DNA of 64,000 bases from a virus. A model generated the notes under the pieces. It was given only the letters and a program-made list of their open reading frames with translations, had not been told where the DNA came from and did no database searches. The stretch is taken from positions 1 through 64,000 of IMG/VR virus record IMGVR_UViG_3300010397_000042. One strand, given 5' to 3'. Shown in pieces: positions 56,256 to 64,000 of the stretch (its first letter is position 1; each line of letters begins with the position of its first letter). A program made the position numbers and the translations under genes.

Positions 56256-56678
56256 CTAACCATTGATAAGCTCCAACAGGTCACCCATCGCCACGTCACG
56301 ATCCAAACAACGAAACTCGATCTTCAGGCCGTATTCCATCGCCGTTCGAAACGCATACCTCATCCCACCACTCACGCCTCGATCGAGATAGAACGCCACC
56401 ACGTCGGCAAACTCACGCCACGCGAATCCAGCCTGGATGCCCTGCTGTCGCTCATCAAACACCGCGTCATTGAGAATACCCTGTTGCGTGTACAGTAGAT
56501 GACTCGCAAACGGTGCTTCCTTGCGGTTGAGGCAATCCTTCATACACTTTCGAGCGTATGCGACGTTTGCCGTAACCTCGCCCTCATACGGAGATTCGAT
56601 AACTACCAGCCGCACTTCTCGGACTCCTCGATCTCCATGTCCATGAGCTTGCGACAGAACTTGAGATCCGTTGTGCAT
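56256..56678 (-). CDS. Conserved phage protein (IESPY.G...EAPFASHLLYTQ); start uncertain
   Basis: Nucleoside deoxyribosyltransferase-like motif pattern. Confidence 0.65.
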   Translation of the reverse strand: MHNGSQVLSQAHGHGDRGVREVRLVVIESPYEGEVTANVAYARKCMKDCLNRKEAPFASHLLYTQQGILNDAVFDERQQGIQAGFAWREFADVVAFYLDRGVSGGMRYAFRTAMEYGLKIEFRCLDRDVAMGDLLELING

Positions 56679-56987
56679 CTGAAGTCGGTAAACTGACGAC
56701 GAGCCTCGAACTCGGCGACCGGTCCGTCGTCGTAGTGACTCAGGATGACGGCCTGGTTTGCGTTCGCCGTGACGTCGTCGGTAAGCAAGACCTTGCGGAT
56801 GTCCTCGGCGAGCTTGAGTACCTGCTCGAGACGAGCCATCTTCTCATCCTCGTTCCAGAGTTCGGAAGTCGCCCAGAGCAACATGTGTCCAAGCTGCTTC
56901 TTGAGGATTCGTGATCTCAAGTCGTGAACTTGCTGATCCTCTTCCAGCTTCAGCAACGCACCCGACCAACCCTCTACGTACTTCGGC

Positions 56988-57380
56988 TCAGACATTCTGC
57001 TCCTCCACGAACTTCCTAATGTGAGCCGCGACCTCACGAGCGGTCGCATCCTCACCGAGTCGGCCGTCGGCGTAGTTGTTTGGAATGAAGAGCCGCAAGT
57101 ACTCACTTATTGAGAGTCCAAAGATCCTCTCTGCGACCTCTACAGCTCCGGAATTCTCGTTGTCTGCCATCCTGGGCATGACTCCTCTGAACTCGTCTGG
57201 AACCAGAGTGGCACCCAGCTTCTGGAACTCTGGCATCGAGCAAGCCCAACCCAGTGCACAAGCGGTGGTCCCGCAACCACCCTCGAACCAGTCATCGGAC
57301 GCCCAACTCGCGTAATTGAACCTCTCTGGTGGAAGATCATCCAGAAAGTCAGCCAATCTAAGCAATCGTTCTTTATTCAT
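56988..57380 (-). CDS. Conserved phage protein (CGTTACALGWA)
   Basis: Recurrent phage motif. Confidence 0.7.
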   Translation of the reverse strand: MNKERLLRLADFLDDLPPERFNYASWASDDWFEGGCGTTACALGWACSMPEFQKLGATLVPDEFRGVMPRMADNENSGAVEVAERIFGLSISEYLRLFIPNNYADGRLGEDATAREVAAHIRKFVEEQNV

Positions 57381-57922
57381 TCCCAGCTCCTACACGGTCC
57401 ACATCGGAACCCCTCTTTGACCTCGGCAAATTCGTTGTAGTCTCCACATTTGCTGCAAACAGCTCCGTAGACTGGAGGTGCAGCTTTGAACGTTTGAATC
57501 GTGGGCACCCCGAAGCGCCGCCACTTGTAGGCACCCCGCTGGTGATAGGTGATGTAGAAGTCCAACCCATCAAGATTCAACTTGACGTAACTTCCACTTA
57601 TTTGGGTGACAGTCCCTTCACCAAGAGGGATACCGCTGTAATCGACCTCAATGATATCGCCTACTATGAGATCCTCAGGACAGTCCCAATCAGTCATCAT
57701 CATCTTCCTCAGGTACACTTGGTAATCCTCGATTAGCTCGCAGGCGTCGGAGAGCTCCATGGGTATTTCGAAATGCGTGGTCTCGACCTGGCCATTCACC
57801 AAGATCTCGAATTCCACCCTGGAAGTAGACGGCGTTTCGCCAGAACTCACCCTCCAGCCACACAAGTGCATAGTAATCTCCGTCCTCGAATTCATAGTTG
57901 CCTTCTCCGAGACGCTTCCAGC

Positions 57923-58162
57923 TCACTTCTCAACGAGTTCTCCACTCGGCGTCACCTTGAAGTTCGCTCGAATCTTGGCTTCGGGGATAATCGTGTATCC
58001 CATCTCGTCTTCCTCGGTCACATGGTCGATGAGCCCATCGACGTCACCAGGGACCCACTCCGGGTTCTCCTCGAGAAAGTGGTAAACGTCGTCCTCTTCC
58101 TCAGCATCGACGAAGAAGGTCACTAAGCGCTCCATCACCATATCGACTCGGTAAGTGTTCAT
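57923..58162 (-). CDS. Highly acidic small protein (leaderless)
   Basis: Promoter at 58170-58198; D/E-rich. Confidence 0.6.
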   Translation of the reverse strand: MNTYRVDMVMERLVTFFVDAEEEDDVYHFLEENPEWVPGDVDGLIDHVTEEDEMGYTIIPEAKIRANFKVTPSGELVEK

Positions 58163-58239
58163 AGTCTGTATTCTAGCACTAAACTCAGAGTGTGTCAAAC
58201 GGTTTCAAAAGAAAAGGCGCCACTACCGACGCCTGTTCT

Positions 58240-58695
58240 TCAGAGGACGAAGTACCGTCCCTCGATCTTGGTGATCACGCCACGAGACTTGAGCTCATCG
58301 AGGGCCGAATACAACCGATCGCGGTGTTGCTGGTCGTCGAGCCCGTAGAGCTTACGAACGAGCACACCGTTGTCGATGTGGCCATTGCCCTCTTTGATGG
58401 CTTGGATGATGAGTTTCTGGACACGACTCGAGCCGCGAGGCTTGTTCCTAGGGGGTCCAGCATTACGGATAAGCCCAAGGTTTTCGAGATCGTCCCAAAG
58501 ATTCAAGGACTTGATCTCTCGGTTGATGGTGCTGAGGCTAACCTCGAGGGCTTCCGCAGCCTCTTCGCGGTTTCCATCATGCTTCTTCATCGTATCAAGG
58601 ATGAGCTTTCGGCGCTCTTCCTCTGTGAATCTGCGTCGCATTCCACTTCCTGCGGGTTCAGATTGGAATTTCTTAGCTCCCGCCCTGTTCTTCAT
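58240..58695 (-). CDS. Transcriptional regulator (Fis-like HTH plus winged-helix-like domain)
   Basis: HDGNREEAAEALEVSLSTINREI; C-terminal LYSALDELKSRGVI. Confidence 0.75.
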   Translation of the reverse strand: MKNRAGAKKFQSEPAGSGMRRRFTEEERRKLILDTMKKHDGNREEAAEALEVSLSTINREIKSLNLWDDLENLGLIRNAGPPRNKPRGSSRVQKLIIQAIKEGNGHIDNGVLVRKLYGLDDQQHRDRLYSALDELKSRGVITKIEGRYFVL

Positions 58696-58745
58696 GAGCT
58701 CTATTTTAGGACAATTTGAGAGTATGTCAATGTCATAGGTGAAAA

Positions 58746-59012
58746 ATGTCTAATCGTGCGAAAGAAGCTCAGAAAAAAGTCATCGAAGAGAAGCTGAAGG
58801 AGATGCTGATTTACTACGCCAGCATCAGCGGTGGGAAGTTCCCAGAGAATATCTGTGAGGATGAGAAGACCTACAAAGGTTTGGTGCTGCGATGGATGGA
58901 ACCCATCATCCCGGGCGTCGACAACGTCATTCTGATCGAGGAGTGCTTGGGCGACAATTGGTCACTCCGGTTCGACAGGATTCGGGAGCAGATCAAAATT
59001 TTCACTCCGTAA
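58746..59012 (+). CDS. Hypothetical protein
   Basis: AGGTGA RBS; divergent from the regulator. Confidence 0.6.
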   Translation: MSNRAKEAQKKVIEEKLKEMLIYYASISGGKFPENICEDEKTYKGLVLRWMEPIIPGVDNVILIEECLGDNWSLRFDRIREQIKIFTP

Positions 59013-59042
59013 TGTGCTATACTCTTAGAAAAAGGAAATATT

Positions 59043-59714
59043 GTGGTTCAGGTTAGTGACGTCTTAGATTTTTTTGTAACCAGGTACGCGAACGCCCCCT
59101 CTGCGATGGGGGCATCGATGGAAATAGCCGAGAGTAACTTCGGAAAACGTAAAGAAGAAAGGCAGCACCGAAACTCCGATCAGATGGAGGAGGATCCTCC
59201 GAAGACGGGTCCGAACGAAGAGATAGTAGGACAATACATGCGGGTAGGTAACGATTTCGCCCGCGTCGACACGAATCAGGAAGTCCGGATGATGCGGCAA
59301 GCAAGAATCTTGCGCTGCATCCAAGAGTTCCAGAGTACAGCTGAGTTCAAAGACCGGTATGTGGACGGTGCGGCTGTCCTTCGCAAGGAAGCGCGGTTCA
59401 AGACGCTGTCCAAACTGAGGAAGTCAACCGCCTACCCCGAGGGGCTAATAGCGGTGGGCATTCTTCGGGCTTACCAAGAATGGGGGACGCAGAGCGTCGA
59501 GCGTGGACTCTTGGAAGTCTACAATTACCTGAAGAATATTGCACCTGAAAAGGTGCCTCATACCTCGAAGACGCATGCGGATCTGTTGCAGGCCTTCCGC
59601 GAGGGCGCCGAAAAACGAGCTCGGAATGCAGCGTGCGAAGCGTACGCGGATGCGCTCCTGGCCCTTCGAGATCACGTAATCGAGTTCAATCGCGAAGAAG
59701 CAAAACGGAAATGA
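59043..59714 (+). CDS. Hypothetical protein
   Basis: 223 aa, AAGGA RBS. Confidence 0.65.
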   Translation: MVQVSDVLDFFVTRYANAPSAMGASMEIAESNFGKRKEERQHRNSDQMEEDPPKTGPNEEIVGQYMRVGNDFARVDTNQEVRMMRQARILRCIQEFQSTAEFKDRYVDGAAVLRKEARFKTLSKLRKSTAYPEGLIAVGILRAYQEWGTQSVERGLLEVYNYLKNIAPEKVPHTSKTHADLLQAFREGAEKRARNAACEAYADALLALRDHVIEFNREEAKRK

Positions 59715-60676
59715 ATCATCACTTAGCCGACCATCGACATCATCACGAGCTCCAAACCGACAGCACGTTGCATGTCGTCGGAGTCTTGAGCAATCCAGTT
59801 CGCTGGCACACGCGCTACCGCCTGGCGAGACAGTGGCTTTCTGAGATGGAGAAGCACCCGAACGTGCGGGCCTACATGGTGGAGGCCGCTTTCGGCGATC
59901 GCCATCATGAGGTGACGATGATGGACGATCACTGTCACCTACAATTGAGGACGAACACCGAGATCTGGATCAAAGAAAACATGATCAATCTCGGCGTCCG
60001 CTATCTGCTTCCTCGAGACTGGAAGTACATGGCGTGGGTCGATGCCGACATCACTTTCCGGAATCCGAACTGGGCGCTCGAGACCATCCATCAGTTGCAG
60101 CACTGGCCCGTCGTCCAGCCGTGGCAGCAGTGCTCGGACCTGGGCCCTCACGGAAACGTGATGCAGCTCCATCAGAGCTTCGGCTGGATGCACCAGCAGG
60201 AGAAGCCCAAAAAGAAGCATCCGGACGACTACTACGGATTCGCTCACCCCGGTTACGCGTGGGCGTGTACTCGGAAGTTTTGGGAACAGGCCAATGGTTT
60301 GATGGACTTCTGTATCCTCGGCTCTGCCGACCGTCATATGGCATGGGCGATGATTGGTGACAGTGAGTGGTCGGTGAATTCCGAACTGCGCCCCGGCTAC
60401 CACCGCCGAGTGAAGGAGTGGCAAGATCGAGCCGTTCGAATCACCCACAAGCAGGTGGGATTCACCCACGGTCGCATCGAACACAACTTCCATGGCAGTA
60501 AAAGCGATCGTAATTACCAGTCCCGATGGCAGATCCTCATTGACCACAAGTACGATCCGGACACGGACCTGATGTACGACGAGCAGGGCCTCATCTACCT
60601 CGCCGGCAAGCCGGACTTCGAGCAAGCCATCCGTCAGTACAACCGAGCTCGCAATGAGGATAGCGGCGATGAGTGA
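59711..60676 (+). CDS. GT-A fold glycosyltransferase-like protein
   Basis: WIKENMINLG, AWVDADI (DxD), HPGYAWA, GSAD, H.FHG. Confidence 0.7.
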   Translation: MNHHLADHRHHHELQTDSTLHVVGVLSNPVRWHTRYRLARQWLSEMEKHPNVRAYMVEAAFGDRHHEVTMMDDHCHLQLRTNTEIWIKENMINLGVRYLLPRDWKYMAWVDADITFRNPNWALETIHQLQHWPVVQPWQQCSDLGPHGNVMQLHQSFGWMHQQEKPKKKHPDDYYGFAHPGYAWACTRKFWEQANGLMDFCILGSADRHMAWAMIGDSEWSVNSELRPGYHRRVKEWQDRAVRITHKQVGFTHGRIEHNFHGSKSDRNYQSRWQILIDHKYDPDTDLMYDEQGLIYLAGKPDFEQAIRQYNRARNEDSGDE

Positions 60677-60865
60677 TGCTGTCGTTCCTAGTTACTGTCC
60701 TTGTGAGTTTTGTCGGATACACGGGAGTTTCAATGCCTGCTCTGTACGCGAGATGATCCTCCGGATAACGCAACTCGAGCTCGCCATCAAAGACGCCCTC
60801 AAGGCGAACTCAGTTGCCGAGTGTGCAGCGGCGTTACACATCTTCCGAATCCTGATGGAGGCACC

Positions 60866-61234
60866 CTGAAACCCATCAAAGCAGCATGGCTTGCAAAACA
60901 TCTTGGGATCCCAGAACGCGCAGTTCGACGGTGGGCCTCACGAGTCGGTAAACAGTTGGACGGTGCCTGGTACGTCTCGATCGACGAGCTCGCGAAGTGT
61001 GACGGCATCGGCGGACTAACTGGAGCCTTACTCCTAATGAACGGTCCGCCCCGGAAGTGGCAGGAGGCGGTGCCGCTGGTGACAGGAGCACTCGGAGTTT
61101 CCTCGAGAACCGTCGAGGAGTGGTGTCAGAATCGACAAGGATTCGCCAAGCGTCTTGGGGACGTTTGGTACATCGATCTGGAAGAGATGAAGGAAAATTG
61201 GACCAACGAGGAAGACTGTGAAACTGCTGGATAA
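60866..61234 (+). CDS. Tandem excisionase/MerR-like HTH protein (probable CTG start)
   Basis: Two repeats LG(I/V)..R.V..W.....K.L...WY(V/I); GGAGG then CTG overlapping the upstream TGA. Confidence 0.6.
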   Translation: MKPIKAAWLAKHLGIPERAVRRWASRVGKQLDGAWYVSIDELAKCDGIGGLTGALLLMNGPPRKWQEAVPLVTGALGVSSRTVEEWCQNRQGFAKRLGDVWYIDLEEMKENWTNEEDCETAG

Positions 61235-61524
61235 TATGAGAAGTACCGGTCACTACCGCAACGAAATGTTGCTTATATTATGAGAGGGTAAGAGATGAAT
61301 ATCATTGATCAGCCCCTCTTCCCGTGGCCACCCGCGACGCCGGTGATTCCGGACTATTCTTGGGTGCTCGGTAAAGCACTCGAACCACAGTCTACCTCGC
61401 AGCTTGTGGCTCAGCTGAAGGCTCGTCGAGACCACATCAAGCGCGAACTAGAGTCACACTCGATGCTACTCAAAGAGCTCGAGTACCTGGAATATCTTCT
61501 TGAAAAAGAAGAACAATTTCACAA

Positions 61525-62130
61525 GTGAAACCTAGTGAATCCCTCAAGGAACAGCGCCCTGCGCTGGTCCATAATGAGGACTTGATGCATGGGTACGACG
61601 ATCGTACCCCTCTCGGCCCGCCACCCGCGAAGTACACGGCAGCGGTTCACGAGAAGATTTGTGACGAACTGAAGAAGGGTCAGAGCAAGCGGGCAGCCGC
61701 AGCTCGCGCCGGCATTACCGAGGCCACTCTACATGACTGGCTCAAGCGGGGCCGGGACGGCGATCCTCACCTCTGGCAGTTTGCCGAGGATGTCGAGATT
61801 GCCCAGCATCTGTTCGAGGCAGGAGCGGTGGAAACCATCACCGCAAGTGCTCTGAGTCAGGAACCTGACAAGCAGAGTTCCGAAGATGCGAAGTGGATGC
61901 TCGAACGCACACGATCTGATGCGTTCTCGAAGCAGGTGAAAACCACCGTTGAAAACCAAATCAGAGACTTCATGATTAGGCTCGAGGCTGCACTCGACGA
62001 GCGCACCTTCGCCAAGGTCCTAGCTGTCTACCTGGGCCAGGCACTGCCGGCCGAGTTGGAAGTAGTAGGGATTCTGCCCGAAAATGGCAGCACGGAAGAG
62101 ACAGACGAAAACGCCGAAGAACTCGGCTGA
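61525..62130 (+). CDS. Terminase small subunit
   Basis: KYT.....IC..L..G....AAA..GI...TL.DW HTH, A.WMLER; directly upstream of TerL. Confidence 0.8.
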   Translation: MKPSESLKEQRPALVHNEDLMHGYDDRTPLGPPPAKYTAAVHEKICDELKKGQSKRAAAARAGITEATLHDWLKRGRDGDPHLWQFAEDVEIAQHLFEAGAVETITASALSQEPDKQSSEDAKWMLERTRSDAFSKQVKTTVENQIRDFMIRLEAALDERTFAKVLAVYLGQALPAELEVVGILPENGSTEETDENAEELG

Positions 62131-63487
62131 GAGCGCTCTCGCTCGCTACGCAAAAGAAAGATACGCAGCATTACAGGATAAGACGAGAGGGAATCTAGCA
62201 GACCTCCCGCTCTTCGACTTCCTGACGACGACCTCGCCACATCTTTGTCGTCCGGAGCATCTGGTCTCAGTCGTTCCGTACATGGAGGCACTCGACGAGT
62301 CGCCTCAGGCCTTCGCGCTGTCGGCGCCACCGCGGCACGGTAAGAGCGTTCTGGTCAATCATCTCTGCGCTCGGCAGATGATTCGACATCCGGGACTCAA
62401 GGTCGCTTACGGGTGCTACTCTCTCGACCTCGCAGGCTTCAACAGCCTCGAAGTCAAAGACATCCTTATCGCGAACAACGTCGAGCTCGACCGGAACCAG
62501 AATTCCAAGGAAGAGTGGCGACTCGAGAACGGAAGCGTCTTCAAGTGCGTCGCCCCCGGATCAGGCTTCACGGGTCGCGGAGCAGACCTCATCATCATCG
62601 ATGACCCTTACAAGGGTCGAACCGAAGCCGAGTCAGGACGCATCCGAGATGCCACGTGGTCCTGGTTCACCGCCGTCGCTATTACGCGACGTAGTCCTAA
62701 CGCTTCCGTCATAGTCACTCACACTCGATGGACGGTTGACGATCTCATCGGAAAGGTCACCAAAGAACACGGGTGGCCCTACGTGAATCTGCAGGCCATC
62801 AATGATCAGAGCGATGCGCTCTGGCCCAACGAATGGCCGCTCGATAAGCTTCTCGAGATCAAGTCCCTCATCGGTCCTTACGAGTGGCACTCGCTCTACA
62901 TGGGCGAACCCAGACCTCGTGGCGGAGCGGTGTTCGGGGATCCCAGTCCTTGCTCAAAGGAAGACTGGCCGACGGCGTTCGACAAGATCGTCATCGGAAT
63001 CGACTGCGCGTACACGAAGAAGACCCACTCAGACTGGTCAGTCGCCGTTGTACTCGGAGTCAAAGACGGTATTCACTACATCCTCGAAGTTGTTCGCAAG
63101 CAGTGCGAGGCTCCCGAGTTCGAGAGCATTCTTCGAGGTCTTCGATTCAAGTACGGCAACCCGCCGATCTACTGGTACGTGGGTGGTCAAGAAAAAGTCA
63201 TCGCTGACTTCTTCATCAACCGCGGTGTTCCGGTCAAGGCGATTCCCGCCAAGGACGACAAGTTCGTTCGTGCACAAGCGGTGGCTGCAGCATGGAATGC
63301 ACACCGTGTAATGGTTCCTGCGGAAGACCAGCGATGGAGCCGCGACTTTCTTTCTGAGGTCTTATTGTTCACGGGTCTCGATGACCCTCACGACGACCAG
63401 GTTGACGCTCTCGCTTCGGCCTTCATTCCTTCGGCTTCTAAGCGCGTTGTTCGCGGCAACCTGACGACTCAGCTTCTTTCGTACTGA
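62084..63487 (+). CDS. Terminase large subunit
   Basis: PPRHGKS, TGRGADLIIIDDP, TRW..DDL, GID, HDDQVDA. Confidence 0.95.
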   Translation: MAARKRQTKTPKNSAESALARYAKERYAALQDKTRGNLADLPLFDFLTTTSPHLCRPEHLVSVVPYMEALDESPQAFALSAPPRHGKSVLVNHLCARQMIRHPGLKVAYGCYSLDLAGFNSLEVKDILIANNVELDRNQNSKEEWRLENGSVFKCVAPGSGFTGRGADLIIIDDPYKGRTEAESGRIRDATWSWFTAVAITRRSPNASVIVTHTRWTVDDLIGKVTKEHGWPYVNLQAINDQSDALWPNEWPLDKLLEIKSLIGPYEWHSLYMGEPRPRGGAVFGDPSPCSKEDWPTAFDKIVIGIDCAYTKKTHSDWSVAVVLGVKDGIHYILEVVRKQCEAPEFESILRGLRFKYGNPPIYWYVGGQEKVIADFFINRGVPVKAIPAKDDKFVRAQAVAAAWNAHRVMVPAEDQRWSRDFLSEVLLFTGLDDPHDDQVDALASAFIPSASKRVVRGNLTTQLLSY

Positions 63488-63495
63488 TAGACTCT

Positions 63496-64000
63496 ATGAA
63501 ACTTGGAACATTAGATCAGAAGCATAGCTCCTATGATGCTGATCGCTGGTGCCAAGTAGAGGCTCTTGCGAAGGGTGGCAAGAAGTTCCGAGAACATATC
63601 GGCTGCTTTCTTCCGCAGAACCCTGTCGAGCCGGAAGAGATCTACTTCCAACGACGATCGCAGGCTCACTACCGATCGTACATGGGAAGTATTATCAACC
63701 TGTATGTAGGTTGGCTCTTTGCTTCCTCGTTTAGCGTCAAGCCCTACGAGCGTGGAACCGAGACTCCCGTCGCGGAAGTCGACAAGTTCTACGGCTTCTT
63801 TCAAGAAGACGTGGGTAACGAGACTCAGCTCAATGCGTTCATGCAGGAGCGCTTTCGAGGCGCCCTGACGAATCACAAATCGTACTGGCTGATCGAGTTG
63901 CCCAGCAACGATGGTCAAGAAGCTGAGGATGCTGCGGACTACGAGCTTCGTGGTCTTGGTCGAGCAACTCTCAAGGCGATTGAACGCCATGAGATGTACG
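63496..64000 (+). CDS. Portal protein (partial, runs off the window)
   Basis: MKLGTLDQKH...FLPQNPVE...Y..R...A.Y; follows TerL. Confidence 0.75.
   Translation, partial: MKLGTLDQKHSSYDADRWCQVEALAKGGKKFREHIGCFLPQNPVEPEEIYFQRRSQAHYRSYMGSIINLYVGWLFASSFSVKPYERGTETPVAEVDKFYGFFQEDVGNETQLNAFMQERFRGALTNHKSYWLIELPSNDGQEAEDAADYELRGLGRATLKAIERHEMY

Overview
The window is about 64 kb of an unintegrated temperate tailed-phage (Caudoviricetes) genome. The host is probably myxobacterial (Polyangiales-like); this is inferred from the SSB and tmRNA tag style, not from a search. Gene order: end of the tail module with a collagen-repeat fibre (1-3.5 kb); a lysis/late accessory block rich in peptidases (3.5-9.3 kb); an attP made of the 3' half of tRNA-Phe with arm-type repeats (9.5-9.7 kb); a leftward block of small genes, an atypical tyrosine integrase and excisionase; a 750-bp noncoding RNA cluster (complete tmRNA, two aberrant tRNA-like RNAs, two pseudoknotted spacers); SSB, nuclease and Sak4-like recombination genes; a rightward replication and nucleotide block (PolB, MTase, MazG-like, ThyX, class II RNR, RNA ligase, helicase, VRR-NUC, primase-VirE); a long early/accessory region (35-58 kb) holding most of about 18 copies of one promoter motif, many with leaderless starts; then TerS, TerL and the portal start. 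The strongest novelty candidates are the ncRNA cluster, two distant mosaic genes that share four collinear short linkers, an in-frame paralogous fibre tail behind a UGA stop, and an integrase lacking the usual first catalytic Arg. All family assignments are from motif recognition by eye.
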